Of a stretch of DNA of 64,000 nt, positions 29,338 through 42,929 are shown in pieces. Position 1 is the first letter of the stretch. Every line of letters begins with the position of its first letter. The DNA comes from Eledone cirrhosa (lineage: Eukaryota), in NCBI GenBank assembly GCA_964016885.1, contig OZ024741.1, positions 111,352,001-111,416,000 of the forward strand, in the 5' to 3' direction. The position numbers and the translations under genes were made by a program. Under the pieces are notes generated by a model that was not told where the DNA came from, did not search any database, and saw only the letters and a program-made list of their open reading frames with translations.

Positions 29338-30768
29338 TACTAGCAGTTTAGCCTGGCGTTGCTCGGGTTTGTTCATTTGCTATGAAAAGTTACATACAGG
29401 TAAACATGGCTTGAAAACGAATAAGCTTATCAATTAAGTGCATAAAACAGTTGAACCGGTTATTAAAAGTTACGAACCAATTAGCATTTTGGACAATCAA
29501 TGATGGGTTAATAATCTTCCAATAGCGAATTTAGCAGACCAAAGTTGCAAGATGGTGGCCCTGATGCCACTGGGTGTCAGATCTGTCCGCCATGGGTAAC
29601 CCTACCAGGAAATAGTTTTCCAGACGGCATAGCTCCAACACCTCCAACACCTGCACCAACATCTATAACACCTCTTTGTAGACGATATTGCGTGTCATCC
29701 CTTGCGGAGTGTAAGCAAAAAGTCCATTCCTGCTCCCTACGCGGGAACAGGCAACATAAAGTTGGCCATGGGAGAAGCATGGCTCCCCCAAATGGATGCC
29801 CACCACTGACAATGTTTGCCTTTGTGACTTGTTAATGGACATGGTCCCACCGGGAATTGGGATCACCGGAAATCGAACGAGATATCTGACGCCGAGGGGA
29901 AAAGGTTCATCCTTTGCAGTGTATTCGGCAGAATCGCCAGAAGTACAAAACTATGGGTGTTGTCATATTAATATTTAACCAATGAAAGTCGTAAACAATA
30001 AATAATTCATATGTCTATAGCATTAATCTGTTATATGAAGTGTTATTTTGCAGGTTGTTATTTGCAATAAGCTGATTTAAAATACCCCAGAAAAGCCGTA
30101 TGTCAATACGGAACTCCAATGACTCCCCCAGCAGTTAAATTATAGAGAGGGGGAATTATCTATTATAGAGAGAGGGAAGAGTGATGGAGAGAGTAAAGCT
30201 AAGAAACTACAGGGAGGTGTGTAAAACAGTGTTGTCATATAGAGAGTGAAGAGCGACAGAGAGAGTAAAGCAGTTAAATTATAGAGAGGAGGAATAATCT
30301 ATTATAGAGAGAGGGAAGAGTGACGGAGAGAGTAAAGCTAAGAAACTATAGGGAGGTGTGTTAAACCTCAAAGCATGAAGAGAGTAAAGCAGTTCAATTA
30401 TAGAGAGGAAGAATGATCTATTATAGAGAGAGGGAAGAGTGACGGAGAGAGTGTTATGACTATGTTTGTTGTTGTATAAAATGTGTTGCTTAGTTTTCAA
30501 AGTTTATGTCGCGTTCCTGAATGAAGTTTTGTCGCTGTTGGGTAGTAGATAAGCGTGTAAGAGAGAGGGTTACAGCATGTATTTAGTTTTATCGATTTTT
30601 TTCATAGAAGCAGGAAGTTTTTAGCAAAGTTTATTACGTGTTGACCATCATTGGTAAATTTGGAGCACATTGGAAAAGAAATCATCAAAATTGGTAGAGA
30701 AATGTGAAAATGCATAAAAATCATACACACACACAGACAGACATCTTCCATTATATATATATATATAT
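29338..30768. mobile_element. Non-autonomous Helitron-like element carrying a Pif1-type helicase remnant
   Basis: Terminus tactagc..cctggcgttgctcggg; minus-strand MSINKSQRQTLSVVGIHLGEPCFSHGQLYVACSRV (29663-29845), the C-terminal motif of Helitron Pif1 helicases; internal GA-rich tandem repeats 30130-30450; ends (CA)n..ttatatata. Confidence 0.75.
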
Positions 30769-30797
30769 GAATAATACATTTTCTCCTTTTCTCCTAG

Positions 30798-30934
30798 ATC
30801 ATAAATGGGGATATTTCAGCCTTTTACCAAACCTAGTTAAGGACTATGGCTGGAATCCTGGCACAAAAATTCAAGAATGGTTTAGAGGTGTATTTTTGGA
30901 TAAAACTGGAAATCCAAACATTACATTCTGGGAA
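30798..30934 (+). CDS. Patatin-like phospholipase with EF-hand insert, first visible (internal) exon
   Basis: ctcctag|AT..GAA|gtatgt; HKWGYFSLLPNLVKDYGWNPGTKIQEWFRGVFLDKTGNPNITFWE; 5' end in phase 1, so upstream exons are required. Confidence 0.85.
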
Positions 30935-31079
30935 GTATGTATTTTCTAACTTCCTGATTGATTATTAGTGAGAAAAATATGTTATTATCCATTTGTCATC
31001 GTTAGCACCATTGTCATCATAGCTTCTGCTGCTGATATCATTGTTGAAAATGTACTCATTTGTCATGGATCTTGATCTT

Positions 31080-31530
31080 GTGTCATTTCATCTGTGATAT
31101 CTAGTTGTAGATTTCCTCTGTGAGATGTCATTGTTTCTGGTGTCATTTCATCTGTGAGATGTCATTGTTTCTGGAGTCATTTCATCTGTGAGATGTCATT
31201 GTTTCTGGAGTCATTTCATGTGAGATGTCATTGTTTCTGGTGTCATTTCTTCTGTGTGATGTCATTGTTTCTGGTGTCATTTCATGTGAGATGTCATTGT
31301 TTCTGGTGTCAATTCATCTGTGAGATGTCATTGTTTCTGGTGTCATTTCATGTGTGATGTCATTGTTTCTGGTGTCATTTCCTCTGTGAGATGTCATTGT
31401 TTCTGGTATCATTTCCTCTGTGACATGTCATTGTTTCTAGTGTCATTTCATCTGTGAGATGTCATTGTTTCTGGGGTCATTTCATCTGTGAGATGTCATT
31501 GTTTCTGGGGTCATTTCATCTGTGAGATCT
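31080..31530. repeat. Minisatellite, ~34 bp unit (tgtcatttcatctgtgagatgtcattgtttctgg) with 30 bp variants, about 13 copies
   Basis: Seen directly; intronic. Confidence 0.92.
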
Positions 31531-32205
31531 AGTTAGCTCAACTAATAGGAAGTAGTAATGATAGTTATTTTCTTTTTCTGTTAGATAAATTGAAGTAGAA
31601 CATCATTTTATAAACAAAGTTTTATCTTCAAAGACAGTATATACTGTTCATACATAGACAAGAAGATGTGAAAAAAATAGAAAAAAGTGTACAATTGTAT
31701 CAGTAGTAGTACATCCTGAATGTACTGTTCTGATATTCTCCAGTAAATAGTGTTATTCAGTTAACTCTTGTTCTAATGTACTGAACCAATTGAAAATGCT
31801 ATTTGAAGTTCTCTTCATGAGGATTGAGAAACCTGGTAAAAATCAAGTTCAATATCAAATTTGAATATGTATTTTATAAAGTAGTATGTTTTTCGAAGGC
31901 TACAAGAATGCAAAACGGACGGTAGATTTTGGAATAACTTGAAGTCTACGAAATTGTTAAAGACTCTAATGAGAAGCAGTTTCCCATAGTTTTCTGGCAA
32001 AGGATTTTTAGACTCAAAATATTAGAACACGTAAATAAAATAACAGGTGACACCAATATTTTCGTTGCCTTCAATTTATTCCAAAATTTACCATCCATTT
32101 TGCATTGTCATAGCATTCAAATAACATACTACTTTATACACGAACACAATGCTTCAAGCAAACTACAATACCCTCTTATATATTTTATTTTATTTTTTCT
32201 CCAAG

Positions 32206-32440
32206 CTATACACAGATTATAGTCGTGAATTATGTGTTGTTGTAACAAACGTTGATGACATGACTGTTGAGTATTGCCACCCAAAGACCACTCCACATAT
32301 GCCAGTACGCCTGGCTGTACGTATGTCAATGTCCATCCCTGGAATATTCAGTCCACCATGCTATTTCACTGATAATGGAGCAAAGAAGCATTATGTAGAT
32401 GGAGGACTGCTATGTAATTACCCAATCCATTCTTTTGATG
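32206..32440 (+). CDS. Patatin-like phospholipase exon with the catalytic Asp (DGG) motif
   Basis: ccaag|CTA..GATG|gtaagt; ELCVVVTNV..TTPHMPVRLAVRMSMSIPGIFSP..YVDGGLLCNYPI. Confidence 0.92.
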
Positions 32441-34641
32441 GTAAGTTCCATATTTGAATATGTTGATGAAAATCACTACAATTTTACAGTAAAATGATAT
32501 TACTTATTCTTTTCTTGTCATTAGAACCATAGCCATTGTATAGACAAACTAATTCACCAGAGGTTAAACAAATACAGTAGCCAGTCTGTTCCTTTGGAAT
32601 TTATCAATCTTCTTTTACTTCCTTCAGCTGACCTGCATTCAGAGGTATTGAGAACTAGTTTTAAACTCCATGAGTGCTAGTTTTAAACTCCTCAGTGATG
32701 GCCTGGAGGACAATGATAAACGGAAGTGAATTGAGGACTGGTCCCTGCTGGACCCCCACCTGCACTTCAAATTCATCACTATACTCATTGCCAATTCTTA
32801 CTTTACTGGTTGCCCCTTTATACATGGCCATTCGTCTACACCTAGTGCCCTGGAGCACCAGATTGCAGAGTGTGGGATTCTGTTGAAAACCTCCAGATCT
32901 CCAAATGCCAGTTGTCTTGCCAGAGAGAGTGCATAAATCCAAAGTGGTGTTTGTTTTACTCAATATATGGCCCAAGTATCATAAACATGATACACTCCTT
33001 AGGAGATGGATGTAGTGAGCCACTGCTGCCTCCACTGCAGCATCTAGTATGTTAGAGGGAGTGAAAGAGTTGCTAATAGTGGTGTTCCATATGGAGCAGC
33101 AACCTCTAACCCAAGGTAAGTCCACCAGGCTTCTTCCCATTGAACCTGGACAACTCAGCTGGCTTCAGAAGTGAGGGGATAATGTCTAGTGTTGTTTGTT
33201 TTCTGATTAGATTTAATTTGATGTGGTGAGTGAAGTGACCTGCATTTAGTCAACATAACAATCCATGAAGAACCCCAGGATCATGAGATGTGCCATATTG
33301 ACACCTTACTATCTCACAGATATTGGCCCCTGATTTTGAATGAGACCCTGTTGTCACAGGCAAAGCATCAACCCAATCCCTTACAAATTTGGCACTCATA
33401 GTAAGTAAACAACACCATCAATATTGATCAACTTGATCAAAAAGAGAGCAAAAAATATAGATTTATAACTGTAAATTGTACCAACTCAACTGAGTTTATT
33501 TATCCTGCTCTGGAGCTGACAAACTCAGCTCCTTCCACCATAGTAGCATTTCATCCACCTCCCTATTGGAACTAATCTATATTAGAAAGAGGAGCAATCA
33601 TGAATAACTACAGTCTGTTTATTGTTTGTGAGCCTAATGTTTAAAATGTTGATTTCATTGGTACTGAAACAGGAAAAGAAAATGATTTTAAAATGTTTAA
33701 AATGTTTAATTATACAGTACTCCAGTTTTGTCAGAAATGACACAATTGTAAATTTGTTCATTTATGTTGATTTATAAGTGCATATTTCAAGGTATATAAC
33801 TTTATTTCAGAGTTGTAATTTGCTTGGCTTCTTCTTATATTCTTTTACAGCATTCACCTCTACTTTCAACCTATATTTTAATCTTCTCCCACCTCTCTCT
33901 CTTTTGTTCATGACAAGCAGACCAATACACAGTGCATACTGCATGTGTAGATTGTGCATTTGCTGCTATGTTCTATTGTCGACATCACAGTTTCACTTTA
34001 CTATATTATATACTCTGCACAATTTATATCAATTTATAGTGATTAGCATAGTCATAAGAACATGGGTTAGAATACTTTGTGGTATTTGTTCTGGCTTATG
34101 GCACTCTCAGTTCAAAATCCATTCAGGCCAACTTTGCCTTTCCGGTCTAGAACTGGGGTCAATTCTACCATTATATCTCTTTCTCACTTCCTATCCATCA
34201 CTTTCTCTATCCTTCTCTGGAAGAAATTAGGTGTGTTCAGACTTGGGAAAGGGATGGCTCTGTCATGTTTAAAATACTTAAGACATGCTGTATGTCACTG
34301 CAGCCCCCTTTCAACTCCTTCAGTAGTTACGGATTTATGCAAAAAAAAAACAATATATATTCAAGACGATAGGAAGTGCATCAAGCTGTAGAAAACTTGC
34401 TAAAGAAAGAGTTGGGTGGACCCTTCAGTTGTATCAAAGGCATGACAACCTCTCCTGTGCACTCCATAATACGTAAGACTGTAAGTAAGTAAAATGCAGA
34501 AGCCTCAGCTTGTCTGTGAGGTCAGTAATTCCATTTTAGTACTGACTTAATTTTTGTAGACTCGTCCAAACCTTGCTAGCAGAGAGAGTGGACATTAAAC
34601 AATGACGATGATGATTCTTCATTTAAAATTACCTTTTTCAG

Positions 34642-34772
34642 GCTGGTGGCTCTCAATGGCACCAGAAGATACATTCCTTAATCGACTCCGTCCTCTTAAT
34701 AATTTGCATACATTTTTTGACAAATCAGTCAGGTTTGGAAGCTTTAATGAAAAAACTATTGGATTTCTCTTG
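34642..34772 (+). CDS. Patatin-like phospholipase exon
   Basis: tttcag|GC..TTG|gtatgt; GWWLSMAPEDTFLNRL..NEKTIGFLL; phase matches the previous exon. Confidence 0.85.
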
Positions 34773-35325
34773 GTATGTTACTATTTTTATATATATGTAT
34801 AATTCTCTTTTATTCATTGTTTCTGAGAATGAAATACATGCTATTCTCATTCTTCTATAAATGTTTTACTTTCTCTTATAAATTATATATGATATGATAA
34901 ATTAATATATAATGGACACATCATGGTCAAATGGTTAAGTGGTTCACTTCACAACTATTAGGTCCTTATTTTGATGCCAGTGCATGGTATCTTGGGCAGG
35001 TCTCATTTACCACAGTCTCAGGTTGACCCATATCTTAAGAGTGAAAGTGGTTTGACATTAAACCCTTCAGATGAACGATACCTGTAATTCAAATGGTCAA
35101 TATCCTTGAGAATGACGTTAAGAGTATGTGAAAGTCTTTCATTTGGTACCGACAGTTGCTGTACCAAGAATGTTTTTTATCCATGCTAATGTGTTGAAAT
35201 ATTTAAGGGAGCCAATAATAATGATAATGAGAGAGAAAGAGGGAGAATGTGTGTGAGAGAGAACAAGTACCAGTTCATATGAAATATTTACTTCAATTAA
35301 CTAATCAATGTTTTAACCCAATCAG

Positions 35326-35429
35326 TTTTCAAATGATGAGCCAGAGATTATGCGGAACCATTTGGAAGCAAGACTTAGAAAGAATGGCTCTTGCGCACTG
35401 CTTGCATACCCAGATACCAAACTATCCAA
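35326..35429 (+). CDS. Patatin-like phospholipase exon
   Basis: atcag|TTT..AA|gtaagg; FSNDEPEIMRNHLEARL..YPDTKLS; 3' end in phase 2, matching the next exon. Confidence 0.78.
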
Positions 35430-35496
35430 GTAAGGTGTTATTTATACATAGATATATCTATATTTCATTAGTATATATATATATATATACATAGTT

Positions 35497-36290
35497 GGCA
35501 GAAATTCTATAAAATATGCACAATGCAGATCTTGGGTACACAAGAGATGTAGTGGGATAGCAGGCAAGCTAACAAGTAGGGAAAACTATATACACAGTAG
35601 ATGTACAGGGAAATTTGATAGTAGAAGTCGCAGTGATAGACAAATTTTTCAAATGCGGGTAGGACTTATAGAGGTGGTTGATAGCTTCCAATACCTAGGT
35701 GATCAGATTAGTAAGGGAAGAGGTTGCTCCAAGGCCATAGTTTCCAGAATAAGGATGGGTTGGAGGAAGTTTAGGGAGTTGCTTCCTCTGTTGACAAAGA
35801 AGGGTTTCTCCCTATGAACGAAAGGCCAGTTATATGATGCCTGTGTGAGATGCGCGATGCTGCATGGTAGTGAGACATGGGGAGCAACTGTGGAAGAAAT
35901 GTGACGGCTGGAGAGAAATGAAGCAAGCATGCTCCATTGGATGTGCAATGTCAATGTGCGTGAACGACCAAGCATAGACGAGTTGAGAGAGAAACTGTGT
36001 ATAAGAGGGATAGGCTGTAGTGTGTGCGAGAGAAGACTGCGTTGGTATGGACATGTGATGTGCATGGAGGATGACCCCTGGGTGAAGAAGTGGCAAGAAA
36101 TCCCAGTAGAAGGAAGACGCAGTCAAAGAAAACATGGGCGGAAGTGGTGAGAGTAGACCTCAGATGGTTGAAGCTCACGGAGTTGATGACATGGGACCGT
36201 AATGAATGGAGAGATACCGTGCTTAATAAGACCCGTCCCATCCTTGCAAGCAAGGAAAAGCGGACGTAAAATGATGATGATGATGATGAT
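35497..36290 (+). mobile_element. RTE LINE subfamily B 3' fragment
   Basis: Reverse-complement homolog of 26709-27510, with in-frame stops. Confidence 0.85.
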
Positions 36291-38216
36291 ATATATATAT
36301 GTACTTTATTTTCTAAACATATAGAATGCATGTGTACTCTACCGAGTGCATTTTATCGTGGTGCCATGATAAAATGCACAGCTGACAAGGAGGTCAGAGG
36401 CTCCACATGAATACTGAGTGGTCTGTGATGACATAGACTCTTGCTAGCAGAGAAAATGGGCATTAAACAATGATTATGATGATAATGATGGAATATAGAT
36501 ATATATGTATAAATAATATAAATCTATACTCCATCTTCTAAACATATATAATATGTGTGTGTGTTATCATCATCATCACCGTTTAATGCCTATTTGTCTA
36601 CGCTAGCATGGGTTAGACGAGTTATCCTGTTGTGAGCAATGCCAGATCAGGTGACCATGTCTTGCTCATACAGAACTGATTTTGGCTTGGTTTCCACAGC
36701 TGGATGCCCAACCTCATTTACAGTGAGTACTGGGTGCTTTTTTGTTGTGATGCTTACACACCATTTTACAGTGTGGACTGGGTGCTTTTCGTCATGACAC
36801 TTATGCAACCACTTTACAGTGTGGGATGGGCACTTTTTGTTGTCACCATCATGATTGTGTGTGTGTATAAATAACATACAGGGTTTCTTCTTCAAATTCA
36901 TAATTTTCAACCTTAACCATATCAGTGTCAATCTCAGTCTCATTATCATCATCATCATCATCATTGTTCCTCACTTCCCTATCCATCAGCACTTCCCACT
37001 TTATCCTGTAGGTTGAGCTAGATCTGCCAGTTTTGTGGACTTCTTTGGCTTTAGGTAGTCTCATGTTGCAGATAACTAGATGGTGATCAGCTCAGCCCCT
37101 CTCTTAACATGAACATTCAGCACAGAATCAAAGAGATCAGAGACAATAACAAAATCAATTATTGATGATGATTGCCCCCACCGCCTCCGTCGTGGATGTG
37201 CCACAGAAAAAGAGCGCCCAGCACGCTGTAAATGAGGTTAGTGTTAGGAAGGGCATCCGGCTGTAGAAATCAAGCCAGAATCAGTTCCCATATGAGCAAG
37301 ACAAGGTCAGCCGACTGGGCACTGCCCACAACAGAACAACCCGTCTAACCCTTGCTAGCATGGAAGAATGGACATAAAACGGTTATGATGATGATGATGT
37401 CTCCAAGTCTTCTTATACCATGTGATTATTGATGAGTTTGTGCTCAAAGAAAGTGTTCATAACACAGAGTTCATTACTAGAGGAGAAGTCTAATAAGGCC
37501 TTTAATAAGGCCATTTAGATTGGGATCACCGTTCTTTCCAATCACTCCTTTCCATGTCAGGTGGTCAGTGTCAACATGTGCATTGAATCTTCCATTAGGA
37601 TATATGACTCAGTCTTAACTACATCAAATGCTGCAGTGACATCATCAAGGAAGGATCTATATTCAAACTCTCTGTTTGGAACGTAAAATTGCATCACCCT
37701 TCCATCATAATGAAAAATTTTGTTATGTTATATTCTAAACATCAGCTTATTCATGGAAAATGTTAGTTATTACTCACAAGTCCCAAATAATAGGAGGGGA
37801 CTTGGAATAATTTGGGGAGTTGGAGTAAGTGGGGAGAGGAAATCTAATTTTTCTAGGTTGTCTCCATTGATTTTTTACAAACCAGAATTAATAATTTAGT
37901 TGACATATTGTGATCCCAATCCACCCTATTTATTTCATAACATATGTGATTTCTAGTAATGTACCTTTTTGGTCATGTATTATGTTTTTAATGTCTAAAG
38001 AAAATTAATTGTCACAGGAATGCTACCACTTAAAATAAAATTTCGCCAGAGATAGAGTAGCAAAATTTAATAAGCGGGGTGGGGTATTTGAGACCTGAGA
38101 GTATATTAAAGTTTTGATTATATTCAAAATAAATAAATAAATTGAAATGCATAGGCAGTGGATGTTTTGGGAAATATAGTAATGAGAAGATTAAGTAATT
38201 ATCATTTATTTTACAG

Positions 38217-38301
38217 GGAAAGAGAAGAAAACACCAAGAAAAAAATCCAAGAATGCTCAAAACATGATAAGATCTGTAATGCCTTTGATAAATTACTGGT
38301 G
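38217..38301 (+). CDS. Patatin-like phospholipase exon
   Basis: ttacag|G GAA..GTG|gtttgt; EREENTKKKIQECSKHDKICNAFDKLLV (the donor could instead be 38298). Confidence 0.72.
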
Positions 38302-38927
38302 GTTTGTATTTTTAAGCACATGTGTAAGAAGTATAACAGTTTTAGACTATTGAAAATGTTTGTATTAATTTTGTGGTTGAAAATAGGTAAATGGTAAATG
38401 TGTAGAAACCAGTTGGATGCATTGTATCTGTAATTCAAAGGGCTAGCTTTATTACCAGTGCCATGCTGATTCTACCAGAGAGTATGTTAAGGGTACAAGT
38501 TGTTGTGGGATACTCAGCCACTTATATGTTAATTCTATTAGTGTGTAGTTCATTTAATAACACAACAGGAGTGTTCTTTCACTTGCATATGTCTATGTAC
38601 ATAGATATGTGTACACATATGTATGTACACACACATTCTATTTACACACTGTTGTTTTTCATATAAAATATTGTGTGATTTACATATAAAACATTCTATG
38701 TACAAACTGTTGTTTTACATATAAAACAACAAGAATGCTCATCATCAAAACAGACTATATTTTTTACATTGCCATGCATGCTCATACATATGTATGTATT
38801 CACATGATTAAGACTAGTAACATTTCTCATTCAGTTTAGTCTTCGTGCTGTCTCTTTCGAGAGCAGAAACTACAAAAACCTAGCTGTACATAAAACTAAA
38901 AAACTGAATTTATCCCATTTTACTGTA

Positions 38928-40062
38928 CAGTAAGTCTCCAACTTACAAACGAGTTACATACCAAGAGGCTGTTTGTTACTGGATTTATTTGTAAGTTGAT
39001 CGTCTAACATAGTACATACCAGTAAGCCCATATATGTTACATTGATTCTGTAGGTTTCCACATGAATGATATATATACAGTATATAGAGGTATACTAGCT
39101 GGCGCCCGGCTACCATTGGCGTGTTCTACAGCATCCATATATATAGCTGACGTACCTAGCTTCGTTTGGATAAACAGATGATAAGCCGTCTGTGTTGTAC
39201 AGTATTACTGTTGAAAATATATGGTATAGTATTACTGTTGAAAATATATAGTACAGTATTACTGTTGAAAATATGTACACGAATATATAATTAATTAAAA
39301 GTTGGTTAGAAGCGAAGTCAATGCTGACAGGCAGACAGATATTATAAGCACGCGACGTTATAGCTCTGTATCTATTTAAAAAGACAGAGTAAAAAAGAGA
39401 GAGGAATGTCGTACTATATATATTATATATAATAAAGTACCAATAATGTAGTCAGCTTTATTGATATAGATAAAGATTGACGATATACACAGAAATTTAA
39501 TCCATGATACATTAAAAAAAAAGATGATATTATATATAAACTGCAAAATATATGAATGTTTATTTAAGCGATCGTTAACCGGAAGTGTTGACATTTGAAA
39601 ATTTTAAAGAAGTGAATCTTTAGATAAACAAAATATCTTTAATCAATAATAACGTAATTTAGTAGACAAAAATATTCTTACTTTCTTCCTTGGAAAAAGT
39701 TACATCTATGGTGCAAATTTGGTGCTGTTTGGTCCAGCCGTTTTGCCAAAAGTTTGTTACATACATACGGCCGTCAGCTTTATTAATATAGATATAACAT
39801 GTAATAATGAATTTAAATACTGTAAAGCTAATGACAATAAATTGTCAAAGAAAAAAGTACTTTTTCAATTCTGCGAAAGCAAAATGGTATCCCATACTGT
39901 AGGTACGATTTCAGCTTGTTTTTATGCTGCAAAAGAAGGAACCCAGGGCCCAAAAAAGACCAAAGAAACAAACCCACCCCAGAAGAAAATTTTCTTTTCT
40001 TTGTGAGACTTCATATCTGTAGAAGTTCGTAAGTAAGATGTTCATAAGGTGGGGACTTACTG
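38928..40062. mobile_element. Tigger/pogo-like (Tc1-mariner) non-autonomous DNA transposon
   Basis: TIRs cagtaagtctccaacttacaaac and gttcataaggtggggacttactg, flanked by TA on both sides. Confidence 0.75.
39093..39793. mobile_element. Helitron-like non-autonomous element nested in the Tigger-like element
   Basis: Starts tactagctggcgcccggc; ends catacatacgg..tttattaatatagat; short internal tandem repeat (gtattactgttgaaaatat x3). Confidence 0.55.
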
Positions 40063-40564
40063 TAATTCTGTTGAGTCTGATCCTTTAACTTTCAACATTC
40101 TATAATGATTTGACAGAAAATATCTAAAATCAGGTTTGTTTGTTTGAATGTTTGTAGTATCATTACTAGTTGACAGATTGTTGTGAAGATTTACAGTAAA
40201 CTAAAGATTTTAATTCTTAATGTGATTCCATCAGAGTGCTGTTTTGTACCTTTCTTCCAGAATGTCTTACTAATGTGGCTTCATGTAGTTACAAGATGTT
40301 AAGAGTTAAATTAAATTAATGTAATATCTTTATAAAATAAATGTTATGTAGCAATTACATCATCTTATTCTTTCAGTCCAGAGTTAAAATAAATTAATGT
40401 AATATTCACATTTTCCTTCACCCCACCCCCAGAGTTGTTGGGTGTACTGCTTATGCAGTGTATCTTAAGCAAACACAGCCCAGTGGAGCCCATCCCTCAC
40501 CAGGCCAACATAAATATGTTTATGAAAATATATGTTATGTAGCATTTATATTTTATCATTTCAG

Positions 40565-40633
40565 GCCATTGCTAAACACAACCCACATTACCAAGAGTCC
40601 ATTGATATAAAAATGTTAACTGCTGCTTTACTT
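40565..40633 (+). CDS. Patatin-like phospholipase exon (degenerate EF-hand-like segment)
   Basis: atttcag|GCC..CTT|gtgagt; AIAKHNPHYQESIDIKMLTAALL; phase 0/0. Confidence 0.7.
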
Positions 40634-42741
40634 GTGAGTACACAGTATTATGAGATGATAGTAGTCTGAAATACATAGAATGTCTTTTAATTGACTAGAA
40701 TATTACACTTTATTTCATTGTTTTTATCCTTCACATCAGTTTTTAGTGTTTGAGTCACAAGATCTTGTATTTGATTCCCAGTGGCAGGCTGTGTCATTGA
40801 GCAAGACACTTTATTTCACATTGTAATTCACAGAGCCAGCCTTGTCACACATTGTCTTATGCCAAATTTCTCCAAGAAGTATGTGAAAGGTATAGCTGTC
40901 TGTAGAATCCTCAGCCACTCACATGTTAATTTCCTGGGCAGGCTGTTTGGTTGTTTGAACAACTGGAGACACTTTTCATTGGAACTGATGGAGGTCCATC
41001 ATATATTTTGTGTGTAGTAAAAATATGTAATATATAAAATTAGCACAATACTCATCAAAATAATAATTTCTTGATTACAACATTCGTTGAATTTTCCTGA
41101 ACCACTACTACCATCCCCTCTGATACCACTGTTTATATATCAGTCCCCACTGCTGTATGATGAGAGACCATTGATAGAAATTTGGGAATATGTCAGCTGT
41201 AAAAAGGTCCAGATCATTTTCATTTTTTCTCTGCCTTTCTCCTAAGAAAGTTTGATTTTCAGTCTGTAACCACTATAATTGCCACCTCCATCACAACTGC
41301 CATCATCATCATCTTCATCCCTATTACCAATACTACCTGGCTTTCACATATCTACATTCAATTGTCTTACAACTGCTTACCTCAATTGTGGTTGAGGTGG
41401 AATAAATAGTAGTAGTAGCAGTAGTAGGACCAGTTTTTTTTTTTTTTTCAGAAAGGAGAAAACATATATATACGTGTGTGTCTGAACTGTTCCAGTATTT
41501 TAGACTCATTCTCTCTTATATACACATATATACACCAGGTCCAAACACAAAAGAATGAAATTCCCACTGCCATTGCCTGCATCTCTCCTGCTCTCCCCAT
41601 CTCACTATTGTGAGTAAATGGGGACCCATGCACCAGCTTCCCCATGGCCCTGACAGACAGAATAGAGAAGGCATTTCCCTGGAGGATGGTGAAGGAGAAG
41701 TGCTGGAAGAGCCATTCCAGTTCGCGAGGCTCACACCTGCGGGTAACTCTGTGCCAATGGTGGTGAGTAGAGAGGAGGCCCTAGGGCCAAGAACACCAGA
41801 AGTCTCCACTATCTAACATCTCAGATGCACAATGTCTTGTGTTTTATTATATAGATAAATGTATATATTGGGGTCAATATAACATTAATTTTCTTTTTAA
41901 TTTTGGTTATAGTTTTGATGATGTTATTGGATTTATATCAAATTTTATGAAGAATGATGTTTACAAGTCCATTCTATAAAGATTTTGTGGTGGACATGAA
42001 CGACACTGACTTGGGAATGATTCAGGGTATCAATGAGAATAGTGTCTTCTGAGGGACTTTCAGATCAGCAGTTATGAACAATTCCCAAAATTCATTGGTC
42101 TGGCAGTGCTACAGAATTAGGTGGGAGCATTACCTGTCTGAAATAAGCACTACAGGCATGCCTGTGCTGGAGATCTATGCTTTACTCACATAGAAATCCT
42201 TCAACATTTTTGTAATTTGTTTTTAATATTCTTCATTGTTATTTCATTGAAGTTTATGGATTTTACTTTTTTTTTATAGCTGTAAAGTTGTAATTTGCCA
42301 TTTATCCTTCTGGGGTTGATAAAATAAAGTACTACTTCAAATCCTGTCATGGTCAGCTTTGCTTTTCATCCTTTCAAGGTTGATAAAATGTAGTACCAGT
42401 CCAGTACTGTGGTGAATTTAATCACCCCCACTCCAAATTACTGGTCTTGTGTCTAAAGTAAGAATCATTATTATTATTAACTTTGAGGGTGGTGGTGGAG
42501 AATTGGATAAAATACTTTGTGGAATTTAGTTATGGCTTTTTCCATTCTAAGTTTAATCCTACTAAACTAAGTTTAATCCCACTAAACTTTACCTTTCATC
42601 CTTCCAGAGTCGATAAAATAAAGTATCAGTCAAATAGTACTATAATTGATTTCCCTCACCCCTACAAAATGATAGCTTTGTGCCTAAATTATAAATCACT
42701 ATTATTATTACTAATTCTACCAATGGTTCTTATTGCTACAG

Positions 42742-42852
42742 GATCCTGAACTAAATCCCCAAGACCATATCATACTGTTTGACAAAGTAGTTAGAAGTGA
42801 ACAAGACATTGAACATGTCTTTGAAAATTTGAACACTAACAAGGACAGCAAG
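42742..42852 (+). CDS. Patatin-like phospholipase exon (start of the EF-hand loop)
   Basis: ctacag|GAT..AAG|gtaaag; DPELNPQDHIILFDKVVRSEQDIEHVFENLNTNKDSK. Confidence 0.8.
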
Positions 42853-42929
42853 GTAAAGTTTCTTCAATCACATCAGAAGTAAATATAAAATAACTACTAC
42901 TACTAGATTATAAATAAACTTAAGACCAT

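Noticed and set aside
31080-31530. Regular ~34 bp repeat resembling a CRISPR array
   Set aside because: Units are contiguous with no unique spacers, there are no cas genes, and the context is a eukaryotic intron
41516-41816. GC-richer ORFs inside a patatin intron
   Set aside because: No recognisable motif, and the flanking exons already join in phase; probably a TE fragment
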